In this document: one piece after another, positions 13,240 to 25,233 of the stretch
Numbering within the stretch: position 1 is the stretch's first letter
Layout: every line of letters starts with the position of its first letter
NCBI RefSeq assembly: GCF_028641065.1
Contig: NC_073393.1
Location: 15,934,001-15,998,000, forward strand
DNA: 64,000 nt
DNA from: Leucoraja erinacea
Taxonomy: Eukaryota
Reading direction: 5' to 3'
Made by a program: the position numbers and the translations under genes
The notes under the pieces: model-generated
The model's database searches: none
What the model was told of the DNA's origin: nothing
Seen by the model: only the letters and a program-made list of their open reading frames with translations

Positions 13240-15500
13240 TGTGTGAAGGAGCTGCAGCTGCTGGTACTGGACCCCAAGAAAGTGAGTTTGTGGAGTGCCT
13301 CCGAGATGGATTCTTAGAGCAGCTTGTACAGGAACCTACCAGGGAGAAGGCAATTTTGGATTTAGTGTTGTGTAATAAACCGCATTTGATAAAGGGAACT
13401 CGATGTCAAGGAGCCATTAGGAGGTGGTGACCATAATCTGATAAATTTTAATCTACAATTTGAGAGGGAGAAGGATAAATCGGAGGTGTCAGTATTACAG
13501 TTGAACAAAGGGGACTATGAAGCGATGAGGGAAGAGCTGGCCAAAGTTGACTGGAAAGATACCCTAGCAGGGATGGCAATGGATTCAACAATGGCAGGTA
13601 TTTCTTGGAATAATACTGAAGGTGCAGGATCAGTTCATTCCAAAGAGCAAGAAAGATTCCAAGGGGAGTAAGGGGCGACCGTGGCTGACAAGGGAAGTCA
13701 GGGACAATATAAAAATAAAAGAGAAGACATATAAAATAGCATAGATGAACAGGAAGCCAGAAGATTGGGAAACGTTTAAAGAGCAACAGAAGATAACTAA
13801 AAAGGCAATACGGGGAGGAAAGATGAGGTACGAAGGTAAGCTGGCCCAGAATATAAAGGTGGATATTAAAAGCTTATTTAGGTATGTGAAGAGGAAAAAA
13901 AAGTTTGGATCAAAGTTGGACCATTGAAGACTGAGAAAGGTGAATTTATTATGGGGAACAAGGAAATTGCAGACGAGTTGAACAGGTACTTTGGATCCAT
14001 CTTCACTAAGGAGGACACAAACAATCTCCCTGATGTACCAGTGGCCATAAGATCTAGGGTGACGGAGGAACTGAAGGAAATGCACATGAGGCAGGAAATG
14101 GTGTTGGATAGACTGATGGGACTGAAGACTGATAAATCCCCAGGGCCCGATGATCTGCATCCCAGGGTACTTAAGGAGGTGGCTCTGGAAATCATGGATG
14201 CATTGGTGATTATTTTCCAATGTTCTGTAGATTCAGGATCAGTTCCTGTGGATTGGAGGGTAGCTAATGTTATCCCACTGTTTAAGAAAGGCGGGAGAGA
14301 GAAAACAGGGATTTATAGACCAGTTAGGCTGACATCGGTGGTGGGGAAGATGCTGGAATTAATTATAAAAGATGAAATAGCCACACATTTGGATAACAGT
14401 AGCAGGATCAGTCCGAGTCAGCGTGGTTTTACGAAGGGGAAATCATGCTAGACTAATCTTCTGGAATTTTTTGAGGATTTAACTGGGAAAATAGACAAGG
14501 GAGAGCCAGTGGATGTAGTGTACCTGGACTTTCAGAAAGCATTTGATAAGGCCCCACATAGGAGCTTAGTGGGCAAAATTAGGGCACATGGTATTGGGGG
14601 TAGAGTGCTGATGGATAGAAAATTGGTTGGCAGACAGGAAAAGAGTAGGGATTACAGAATGGTAGGCAGTGACTAGTGGGGTACCGCAAGGCTCGCTGCT
14701 GGGACTGCAGCTATTTACAATATACGATAATGATTTTGATGAAGGGATTAAAAATAACATTAGCAAATTTGCGAATGACACAAAGCTGGGTGGCAGTGTG
14801 ACCTGTGAGGAGGATGCTATGAGGATGCAGCATGACTTGGACAGGTTGGGTGAGTGGGCAGATGCATGGCAGATGCCGTTTAATGTGGATAAATGTGAGG
14901 TTATCCACTTTGGTGGCAAAACAGGAAGGCAGGTTATTATCTAAATGGTGTCAAGTTGGGAAAAAGGGAAGTACAACGGGATCTGGGGGGTCCTTGTTCA
15001 TCAGTCACTGAAAGTAAGCATGCAGGTACAGTAGGCAGTGAAGAAAGCAAATGGCCTTCATAACAAGAGGAATTGAGTACAGGAGCAAAGAGGTCTTTCT
15101 GCTGTTGTACAGGGCACTAGTGAGACCACACCTGGAATATTTATTGCAGTTTTGGTCTCCAAATCTGAGGAAGGGCATTCTTGCTATTGAGGGAGTGCAG
15201 CGTAGGTTCACCAGGTTAATTCCCGGGATGGTGGGATTATCATATGTTGATAGAATGGAGCAGCTGGGCTTGTATACTCTGGAATTTAGGATGGGAGTGC
15301 GTCTTATTGAAACATATAAGATTGGACAAGCTAGAGGCAGGAAACATGTTCCCGATTTTGAGGGAGTCCAGAACCAGGGGTCACAGTTTAAGAATGAGGG
15401 GTAAACAATTTAGAACGGAGATGAAGAATAACTTTTTCATACAGAGAGTTGTGAGTCTGTGGAATTCTCTGCCTCAGAAGGCGGTTGAGGCCGGTTCTCT
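13240..15500 (+). mobile_element. CR1 LINE ORF2 (endonuclease end through RT), disrupted
   Basis: [51 protein letters not shown]. Confidence 0.92.
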
Positions 15501-15504
15501 ATAA

Positions 15505-15845
15505 ACCAGAGATAGACACAGAATGCTGGAGTAACTCAGAGGGACAGGTAGAGAGAAGGAATGAGTAACGTTTCAGGTCGAGACCTTCTTCAGACTGACG
15601 TCAGGGGGGAGGGATATAGATAGATAAGGACGTTTGAAGTTGTGAAAACAGGGCAAAGGGAATGGAGATCAAGGGCAATGTAGAATAGATCATTGTTAGC
15701 CGAGAGAAGGTAACAACAAAGCAAACAAAGATAAAATGTAGTTGGAGACAGTAAGACTGGTTGAAGAATTGGGAAGGGGGAGGGATGGATAGAGAGGGAA
15801 AGCAATGGTTAGTTGAAGTTAGAGAAGTCAATGTTCATACCGCTT
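15505..15845 (-). mobile_element. Penelope-like element 3' end / pseudo-LTR
   Basis: Ends the GIY-YIG frame (MNIDFSNF) and carries the gtctgaagaagg..gaaacgt..gagttactccagca terminal repeat shared with the 53.8 kb copy. Confidence 0.6.
15564..15596 (-). ncRNA. Minimal hammerhead ribozyme motif (Penelope-associated)
   Basis: AGU-CUGAAGA-AGGU(cucg)ACCU-GAAA-C-GUU-ACU: conserved core, perfect 4-bp stem II, palindromic ACGU stem III, 3-bp stem I. Confidence 0.6.
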
Positions 15846-16049
15846 AGACAGAACATGCCACTCAGTGGCATGAACACTGATCTTTCCACTTACATGTAAC
15901 CCACTGGCCCTGTTTGTCTTTCTCACTCGCACGTCCACCCAGCGTATCTTTCCCATTTTCACCTTTTCTATCCCCCCTCGTGTTACTTGACTCATCACCC
16001 GCTCCACTGTTCCATGTCCACTCCCCAATGTATGTGCTTCTTCTCCATT

Positions 16050-16241
16050 ATTATTAACCAGTATTAAAACACATTTATATTCCTTGGCTTTTGACCCTGC
16101 TTGAAACTTTGCTCCTGTTTTAGTGCTTTTAATGTTTTTAATTTTATTGTTTGTACTCTCTCTTTTAATGTTTTTATTGTCGTGTAATAATTTTTTGTCC
16201 ATGATTAGTCATGTACAGCACTTTGTTGCAACAGTGGTTGT
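16050..16241 (+). mobile_element. L2 LINE 3' end truncated by the gap
   Basis: Matches the 3' UTR of the 19.1-19.85 kb copy (atgtacagcactttgttgcaac). Confidence 0.65.
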
Positions 16242-16413
16242 NNNNNNNNNNNNNNNNNNNNNNNNNNNNNNNNNNNNNNNNNNNNNNNNNNNNNNNNNNN
16301 NNNNNNNNNNNNNNNNNNNNNNNNNNNNNNNNNNNNNNNNNNNNNNNNNNNNNNNNNNNNNNNNNNNNNNNNNNNNNNNNNNNNNNNNNNNNNNNNNNNN
16401 NNNNNNNNNNNNN
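16242..16413. other. Assembly gap (172 N)
   Basis: N run. Confidence 1.
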
Positions 16414-16439
16414 TATTCTATAAACCTAATGAATTGGTC

Positions 16440-16590
16440 AAGTGGTAGTGGTGGAAGATTGCAACCTTCACGTGGTCCACCCTGTTTCAATGAATGCAAT
16501 CAATCTGGCGTGCAAAATCAAATAAGATTAAATAGACCAAGTTGTCCTACAACTTTAGGCTGTGCACACCATACGCAAGAAGAAGAAGAC
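16440..16590 (+). repeat. Short interspersed repeat with (AAG)n tail; a second copy lies inverted at about 30945-31050
   Basis: gattgcaaccttcacgtggtccaccctgtttc..aatcaaataagat occurs at both sites. Confidence 0.65.
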
Positions 16591-19159
16591 CAAGTGGTTT
16601 TGCTCAACTATTGTCATTGTGAAGAAAAAAATGTATAATAAATTATAGTGTAGAATGAAATTAGATCAAGTGAATTGTTTAAGAAGGAACTGCAGATGCT
16701 GGAAAATCGAAGGTAGACAAAAATGCTGGAGAAACTCAGCGGGTGCAGCAGCATCTATGGAGCGAGGGAAATAGGCAACGTTTCGGGCCGAAACCCTTCT
16801 TCAAATTGAGCCTGGCAGATGACATACAGATAGGGGCAGTACGATGAGTACTATGCAATCATCCGCTTCGGGAATGTGGGAGTGCTGAAATGTTGGTAGC
16901 AACTAACATATGGATATTGGATTTGCGGCCTAGGTGGAAGAAGCGCCGACGAGAGTTCTGCAACATCCTCTCTCGCTGGCGAAATTTACTCATGATGTTG
17001 GGGATAGGTGATAAACGTCTGCAATATTCTGTGAAGCCACCAGGAGGAGCCCACTCCTCCAGCAGAGGTAGGAGGTTATGAAATCGCAATTTATTTTTCT
17101 GATGATGGATCCACAGAGTGAGAGGTAATTTTGGAAATAAGATCGGGCCATTCAACATTCAACAGGAAGCAATTTTTCATCCAGAAGGTTGGAGAATATG
17201 AATGTCTCACACCGAAGCAATCCGCGAATACTCAGACAAATGGAATTAGTGCTTCATTCCAATCCTTGCTGAGATTGTATTTTTGGCTGCAGGACCTCGT
17301 ATTTGTTTTGCAGCTTGGTTGTTCATTGTTCTATTAACCCTTTCGTATTCGACATTAACTGAACCGTGATTCAACTTTAACTGAAATGTACATGCATGCA
17401 CTCTGTAACTAGACTGAGAGGATTGAAAATTCTGCTTGTTATTTCTGGTCCACAGAACCAGGACACAGAAGACAACTTTTACGGCCTTATTGTCAAATTT
17501 CTAATATCACAATGTGCATTTTCTGGTTAATATTATGAGCATTATACCACACCAGACAACAAAAGTAAAGATCCATCACATGACAGAGACTGATAATGTG
17601 ATTCGATTAAACAAACAGATACACAAAATCCATTATAAATACATAGAATGCTCTGTTTTCACGGATGTTGTGGGTTTACTAAGTACTTCCAGTATTCTCC
17701 TTTTATAATGGATTTGATTCAATTTTGCATGGAAGGGTGAGAAATCGAGCTTGGTCACCTCTCTTTTGTCAGATGAAAACTTTCGACCTGAGATACATTG
17801 CGGTCTAAAATTGAAAAGCAATTGTTTGCACAGATGAATCGAGAAAATGCGGGATAACTCTTCATGATAGGAACTCGGTAACGAGGTTCTCATGTGTATA
17901 ACTATCTCCCCAATTGCACTGTAATTGCCTGAAAGGTAATTCTTATGTTTCGGTTGTGCATCCCTCGTAGGATAAGCGAGTTCGGTATCTTGATAAACGT
18001 AAGGAATTATGGGATTTGTCAAAGATCATTCGGGATAATAAATGCAAACGCAGCACTGTATAAACTGTGTATAAATCGTTTACTATTCTACCAAGGAATT
18101 AATCTAGAATTCTGTCAACTCATTTTCTTCCTTTCTTGTTCTGTTGTTCACACACTACTTACACAGTCCCAGTTCTAGTTCAGTTCATTAATCTGCAATT
18201 GTGAGTTATTCAAAATGAATTTATTATTTTCATTGAATCCTTAACATGTACTGAAATAAGAAAATATTACACGTTTGAAACATTGTCTTATTCATAATTT
18301 ATGTGTAAACATATTTAATCTGAGGCAGGCAGCGACTGTATCGGTGTGATGTGGGCTGATGCTTTACCTACAGGCGGTGTGAATGTACCATTCAGGCAAA
18401 GATTAATCTCAGAGGAAAAATGAGTAAAGGGTTGGCCCTGTGAAGAAGCTTCCAATCCAATATAAGACATTTAACTGCGAAATGCCCACCCTTTAGTATT
18501 GGATAGATTGAGTGGAGGGTCTGTGCTGTTCCAAGTTTGCGGTGGTTGCAGTACATTTCCCCCAGCCATCTCGCCCAGTGCACATTGACCAGCACAGTTT
18601 GCCTGCCCTTGTTAGCAGAGGCTCTTTCTGCAGGTGTTACCTGAAGCCCAAAGGTTTTGTGGAGGCTCTGCATTAGGATTGGGCATGCGGCGAGCTAGTG
18701 AGAGGGCTGTCAGATCAGATCAGCCCAGGTTGCCGAATGGCTGAAGGGTGGATTTTAATGGGTCGTTATTAAACTGTTACATCTGTGCGGCATTACCAGC
18801 TCTCTCTCTCTCCCAGATCCCCCACCCCAACTGTCGACAAAGTCTGACTGAGAAAATGCTCCCACTCATATTACGGGTTGGCTCTGCGTTTGCCCACTTG
18901 ATAGGGTGGGCGATAGAGAGCAAGAAAAGGGCCCCATCAGCTGGGGAGGTGCGACCTACTTCTGAGTGAAGCCTCTAGTTTTGCTGCGTTCAAATAGCTG
19001 TAAATTCTCATAATTATCACCGCCTGGTCATCCGGACCTGGCTCCCAACTTTGTGCTGACAGACTGGAACCAACAGCAGAGGTTAAAGCGACAGCATCTT
19101 TATTTAAGCCAACCCACCTCGAAAGTTTAACCAGCCTGTTGGAATCCAATCTGAACTTT

Positions 19160-19812
19160 CTAACCTATGCCTTTATTACATCTAGGCTGGATTACTGTAA
19201 CGCGCTCCATTTTGGAGTTGCTCGTTCTTCACTGGCTCGTCTCCAGTTAGTTCAGAATGCTGTTGCTCACCTTTTAACAGGGACTCGAAAGAGGGAGCAC
19301 ATATCTGCAATTCTGGCCTCCCTCCACTGGCTCCCGGTGCACTTTCGAGTTCATTTTAAGATACTGTTATTTGTTTTTAAATCTCTGAATGGGCTCGCCC
19401 CGCCTTACCTCTCTGAGCTGCTCCACCCATACGCTCCTGCCCGGTCCCTCAGGTCAGCTGGTCGGCTGCTCCTGGAGGTACCGAGGTCTAGTCGGAGGCT
19501 CAGATGGGATAGAGCCTTCTCTGTTGCTGCTCCAGCACTCTGGAACACCCTGCTGTTGCACATCAGACAGGCCCCCTCACTGTCCATCCTCAAATCCAGT
19601 GTTAAAACACATTTGTACTCCCTGGCTTTAGACCATGCCTGAGACTTTGCTTCTGTTTTTGGTGTTTTTGATGTTTCTTTATTTTATATGTCTTTTACTA
19701 CTATTTCTTTTGATTGTTATTGTTGGTGTGTATTAACTTGTTTTGTCAATGATTAGTGATGTACAGCACTTTGTTGCAACTGTGATTGTTTTTAAAGTGC
19801 TCTATAAATAAA

Positions 19813-19853
<41 letters not shown>
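19160..19853 (+). mobile_element. L2 LINE 3' portion with (TTA)n tail
   Basis: AFITSRLDYCN..RLQLVQNA..LHWLPV..AFSVAAPALWN. Confidence 0.9.
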
Positions 19854-20157
19854 CCCCAACACAGCAGATTCTCCCTGTTTCCTTCAATCCAGGAAGTTTG
19901 TTTAAATAGGAATGTAAGAACTGTCTCAAATTGGTTGAGCACACAGCTTGTAATTCGTGTAAATCACTATCGAATTTGAATGGCTGTGACGCAGGCTAAT
20001 GCTAGGGATTTGATAATTGACAGGTTCATTCCAGACATTCTTGCGTTTTGAAGGCTGGTGCTGTATTGAGTCAATAATTTAAATAGATACAATTGTGGAT
20101 TTGGACAGCCTGCAGTATGCTGTGGCCTACTGCTGACATATTCGATGGATAATCCAT

Positions 20158-21410
20158 CCATCCGTCCGTCCGTCCGTCCGTCCGTCCGTCCGTCCGTCCG
20201 TCCGTCTGTCTGTCTGTCTTTCTATCTATTCATCTTCAATCTGTACATAACTAAAGCTCTGATCTTGTGATCTTGTGCTCTTCCGGTTTGCGTAGTTTTT
20301 CTATTTGCGCAAAAGTAGTACGGGACAGTGCTATGATTTTTCTTACTCACCGTTGTCCTGTGCTATTGTCCTATTGTAAACGTTAGCAAGATATAAAAAT
20401 CTTTAAAACTGCGCAGGCGCAGATCGATCTCCTCTCCTGCCAGTCAGCGCCGCGCGGAAATAGTCTCTTTTCCTGTCACTCATCAGGACGGTCCACCCCT
20501 TCCTGCGCCATCGCGTCTTTACTGGAGCTGAGGGACGCCGTGGGTGGCCGACGGAGGTCTCCAACCGGACACAATTTTCGGAGGGACCGGAAGCGGCGCT
20601 GCATGGCAGACGTCGCCAAATGGAAAGTGGTGAATCTGATCTCGGCGGAGGAGAAAGTCCAGCGACCACTGTGAGTCCCAAACATACCACCATCGCAACG
20701 CCCCCCAGCTCCTGCCCCTTCCCCTCTCGTGCCCCTCGCTGGACCCTGCCCCCTTCCCCGTGATACCCCCTCTCCCCAATGACTCTTCCCCCGTCTTTTC
20801 TCTGATCTTTCCCCCATCCGCCCACACGCTGGCACAAAGACACAGCTGCTGGTGCTTCCGGGCCGATCCGAGGCCTGGCTCTGAGGACGCCGACGGCTGA
20901 TGCTCCTCCAGGGCTCACAAGAAGGGAGAGGAGCGGCAACCTCGAGACCCTGGGGAGGGAGAGTGGGTGAGGGGGGGACGGGGGGGGGGGGGGGGGAGGG
21001 GTTATGGAGTTATGGAGGGGGAGAGAGTGACTGAGGGTAGGGGCAAGGAGAGGCGAGGGAAGATTTGGGGGAGGGTAGGAGGAGAGGGAAGAAGTGAGGA
21101 GGGAAAGTAGGGGAGGAGGGGAAATAGAGGGAGAGGAGGGGATTAGGGAAGTGAGCGGAGTTATGGAGGGAGGGAGGGAGTGACTGAGGGTAGGGAAAGG
21201 AGAGGGAGAGAGAGGTGAAGGGGGGGTGGTGGAGGGGATGAGTAGATGGGAATGAAGAGGGAGGGTGAAGGGGATGGGCGAGAGTGCTAGGGATGAGGGG
21301 AAATGAGCTGCGCCCGTGCAGTTGGGGGCTATGGGTGAGTGATGCAATATTGCGTTGGGGAACCAAGCCTCTTGTGTGACAGGGACCCAACGGATCCCAC
21401 TTAGTATAGT
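20158..21410 (-). mobile_element. Non-autonomous element of probable Helentron-associated (HINE/DINE-like) type; related copies at about 34535-34990 (+) and 62494-63310 (+)
   Basis: Shared start actaNaNNaagtg..gttggg, shared cacccatag..cccaactgcgc core, pyrimidine-rich middle, and a flanking (GTCC/GTCT)n microsatellite. The class is inferred. Confidence 0.45.
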
Positions 21411-21574
21411 TTATTTATAAATCTCATTGAAATGAATACGCAGGTCCATACACACACAGTAGCTCAGCTGGCGAGAATGTTTATCCCCGAATGACCCAGG
21501 ACCTAGGTATTATTAAATGCCTCGCTTATTAAAAATAATGCAGAACGATAGGAAGATTTGGTCACCCTGCTATA

Positions 21575-22215
21575 GCTTCATAACAAGAGGATTTCAGTAT
21601 AGGGGTAGAGAGGTTCTTCTGCAGTTGTATATGGCTCTGGTAAGACCACATCTGGAGTATTGTGTACAGTTTTGGTCTCCTAATTTGAGGAAGGACATCC
21701 TTGTGATTGAGGCAGTGCAGCGTAGGTTCACGAGGTTGATCCCGGGGATGGTGGGATTGTCATATGAGGAAAGATTGAAAAGAGGTATTCACTGGAGATT
21801 AGAAGGATGAGAGGGAAATATTATAGAAACATATAAAATTATAAAAGGACTGATCGAGCTAGATGCAGGAAAAATGTTCCCAATGTTGGGCGAGTCCAGA
21901 ACCAGGGGGCACAGTTTTAAAGGGGAGGCCATTTAAGACTGAGGTGAGAAAACACTTTTTCACTCAGAGAGTTGTGAATTTGTGGAATTCCCTGCCACAG
22001 AGGGCAGTGGAGGCCAAATCACTGGATGGATTTAAGAGAGAGTTAGATGGTGGCTAGTGACTAGTGGAATCAAGGGATATGGGGAGAAGGCAGGCACGGG
22101 TTATTGATTGGGGACGATCAGCCATGATCGCAATGAATGGCGGTGCTGGCTCGAAGGGCCGAATGGCCTCCTCCTGCACATATTTTCTATGTTTCTATGT
22201 TTCTGTGTTTCTTAT
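21575..22215 (+). mobile_element. CR1 LINE 3' portion
   Basis: [29 protein letters not shown], (TTTCTATG)n tail. Confidence 0.9.
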
Positions 22216-22758
22216 GCTACTGTACCATGGCCTCCCAACGTCTGTATTGAATGCTCTGACTTCCAATGTGCCTTCTGTCGGTTCAGCGACAAAGTTCCTT
22301 CTGTAGTTTGTCTCCACGCCGTCGCATTTCATAACAGCTGATGAACTATAAACCATGGCTTGATTTGCAAAAGCAAGTGATTTAATGAATGGAACGTTAT
22401 TTCATTTAAAAATGTAATTAATTGGCATTTGGTTTGAAATGAGTTGCGAAATGTTCGTGAAGTCTCGCCATCTGTAAGGTTGTATGAAAGCATCCTAAAT
22501 AAACTAGCGCAGGTGTTTAGTTTTGCTATCCGCTTTAAACTGCTATCGCTTTCGACATTGAACACTCGGTAAATTGACATATTCAGCGACAATTTCTGCA
22601 GTTTATCATAATGCCTAATGTGAAAACGAACGTTTCACTATCCTCTCCTGTATCTGTGACCTCCATCGTTGTTTTGACTGCATGCAGTAGGTACAAAGGA
22701 ACAATACTTCAAACCCGTAATTCCTTATAGTCCACAGAAACGAAGTGTATTTTGTTTC

Positions 22759-22869
22759 TCAACTTCTCGCTTTCTTTGAAACCTTTGCGTGTTTGCCGTT
22801 TTGCTTAGTTGTTGATTTGTTATTAGTTGGGAAGATGCGGAACAGCTTGTTGGCTCCCCCTCCTTTAGT
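22759..22869 (-). CDS. Receptor gene B terminal exon homolog without tyrosine motifs (phase 0: TKGGGANKLFRIFPTNNKSTTKQNGKHAKVSKKARS*; spliced directly from a TM exon it gives D*)
   Basis: The acceptor region (attacttccacag) and 5' end match gene C's last exon (attactttcgcag|AATAAAAGAGGTGGA). Confidence 0.55.
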   Translation of the reverse strand, partial: TKGGGANKLFRIFPTNNKSTTKQNGKHAKVSKKARS

Positions 22870-23817
22870 CTGTGGAAGTAATTCCATATCGGCCATTAGT
22901 CCATCGTAAAAACAATCGTTTTTATTTCCAATAACATTCTAAGGTACTCAACAATTATACATTTTAGTTTGCAGAAAGGTTATATGGATTTTATATCAAT
23001 ATTTTTCTCGATTTTTACATGAGCCGATCTTGGTCCACAGAACTATGTCATAGTTACGCGGATCCAAGTCTGCGCCGACCGTCAAACTCCCATTAACCCA
23101 AATTCTACTTTATTCTCTTCATATTGTCATTAACCTCCCATGCGCCCCCAAACTTTAGCAGTCCTCTACCAGATGAGCATATTACATGGGATAATTAACC
23201 CGCCATTCCACACATCTTTGAGATGTGCTAGAAAGCAGGAACACCGGAATATATCCACGGGGTCATAAGGAGAAGGAACAAACGTCAAACAGGCGACATT
23301 GAAGGCCAGATTAAGAGATTCGTTAAATTCTTAAACACATAGGATACTATCCATGTGAAGTACTAATATTGCACAGAGCCGTTTTGATGTATTTGTGTTT
23401 GATCGCTGGCAACCAGTTTCATCTGTCAAGGCCATGGTGTAAATTCCCATTCTGAATTTAGTGATACACTTCCATTTGTCAGTCGGATCACAGGTTGTTG
23501 CAATTAGCCGGCATGGCCATTTGGACAGATTGAAATGGGTTACTTTGCTCTCGGACACTCAGTTTCCTATCGGTTTTTCACGAGGGATACATTTCGGTGA
23601 ATACACTCAGGTGTTCAAAATGCATTGGTTCAGGGGAGGAGTGAATACATCGAATGGAAAGGTGAAATCATTGCATTTTAAGGCGCAGTTTACACTGGTA
23701 TAGCCAACTGTAAAATAGATAAATACTATGGACGTTCTGTTTAATTCCGAATAAAAACGCATATTTTCTCTTTTCTAGAAATACAATTGAAATAACTGAA
23801 CAATCCAAGGTTCTTAC

Positions 23818-23919
23818 CATGTTGTGCCGTCCATGCTAATCTGGTCAAAATTATAATCGAAAGTAAAATTACCAACCCGCCCACTGCACGTGTGAGAATC
23901 AGTCTTTTATAGGTACTTT
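23818..23919 (-). CDS. Receptor gene B second TM exon b, with Arg (ESTYKRLILTRAVGGLVILLSIIILTRLAWTAQH)
   Basis: Codon-for-codon paralog of TM exon a. Acceptor tttttcacctaatccag, donor G|gtaaga, 102 nt, open, phase 1-1. Not in the ORF track. Confidence 0.78.
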
Positions 23920-24756
23920 CTGGATTAGGTGAAAAATAAGAAACCGTAAGACATATTAATTATACAGGGAGTAAAAGCTAATAAGGCAGAGCATTGAAAA
24001 GTAACGCTCCAACCCACCAAAAAATATTGTAGGAAATACATATTGCAACAATTATGGGTTAATGTTTTAATTATCAAGCAAACGCGTCACTTTACAAAGT
24101 AGCTCTTTCTGTAGGGGATAATTGATTAAGGTTAAGAAGAGATTTATTTTTTCATATTGTTACACTAGACATCAGTTTAAAAAAAAACAGAAGCATTGAA
24201 CAGTATAATTTGTCATCGATCCACATAATAGGACATGCGTGCAGACGCCGTGAAGATGTAACGACGTATTTTAGCAATGGGTGATGTAAAAGAGGGGGTT
24301 AAGAGTGAATTCGAGAACTAGGGACACACGCACATGCCACTGTCTGCGATCATGCTCACAACCGTGGTGTCGTCTACAAATTTGTAGATGGATATTGAGC
24401 CGAATCTGGCCGCGCAGTCCTATAAACTCACGATTGTTTACTATGAAATAAGCCGCACATAAATTCAGGTTGTTAATTCATCTCAGTCGGGATGCATTGA
24501 ATGAGGTATTAGTTTTTGAGCTGCTTGCACGTTGGTCTTTCATCACAAATAATACAATTCACACTTCTATCTCTCGTGTTTGAACAACTACGCAGCTGTA
24601 TTTCTAATCTGATGTAGAACTCGTTTAAAATGCTTCCTGCATTTCCTCGTTTGACCAAATAGTTGAAACTGGAAGGAACCTTTAAGGGTTATATGTGATG
24701 CCAGGGAGGTGTGGGGCAGATGAAATAATTTTCTATTCAGATTCAGTGTTTGACTG

Positions 24757-24988
24757 ACAATAGAAAATAGACAATAGACAATAGGTGCAGGAGTAGGCCA
24801 TTCGGCCCTTCGAGCCAGCACCGCCATTCAATGTGATCATGGCTGATCATCCACAATCAGTACCCCGGTGCCTGCCTTCTCCCCATATCCCCTAACTCCG
24901 CTATCTTTAAGAGCCCTATCTAGCTCTCTCTTGAAGAGCCCTATCTAGCTCTCTCTTGAAGAGCCCTATCTAGTTCTCTCTTGAAAGA
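24757..24988 (-). mobile_element. CR1 3' end lying between the two TM exons of gene B, with a 25-bp unit repeated three times
   Basis: (ACAATAG)n tail; gagccctatctagctctctcttgaa x3 at about 24911-24985. Confidence 0.85.
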
Positions 24989-25125
24989 TAGACGGCTATT
25001 ATCAATTTTCAAGCAGTAAATAACATTGAAAACGTGTTTCGCGCTGCAATAGAATGTATCCTGTCTCTGATCAATGAACAGAACTGATACATTGCAGTAC
25101 TTGGTCAAATATGCAACGTTCTTAC

Positions 25126-25233
25126 CCGGTTGCGCCTTTAATCCGAATCTTGTGAAAAATATGATCAGAATCACAATTACTAGTCCGCCCACTACACATC
25201 CAATAATTTGTGTTTTGTCAGTGGTTTCTGGAT
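25126..25233 (-). CDS. Receptor gene B TM exon a, uncharged (DPETTDKTQIIGCVVGGLVIVILIIFFTRFGLKAQP)
   Basis: Acceptor tgtttcgccag, donor G|gtaaga, 108 nt, phase 1-1. Confidence 0.88.

Noticed and set aside
16123-16638. ORFs spanning N runs (also 47524-47860 and 51892-52310)
   Set aside because: Artefacts of the assembly gaps.
20403-21390. 314-aa Pro/Ser-rich ORF and similar ORFs at 34671 and 62491-63613
   Set aside because: Low-complexity interiors of a repeated non-coding element.
24911-24985. Three 25-bp direct repeats read as a CRISPR-like or regulatory array
   Set aside because: There are no spacers; it is a local tandem duplication of CR1 sequence in eukaryotic DNA.
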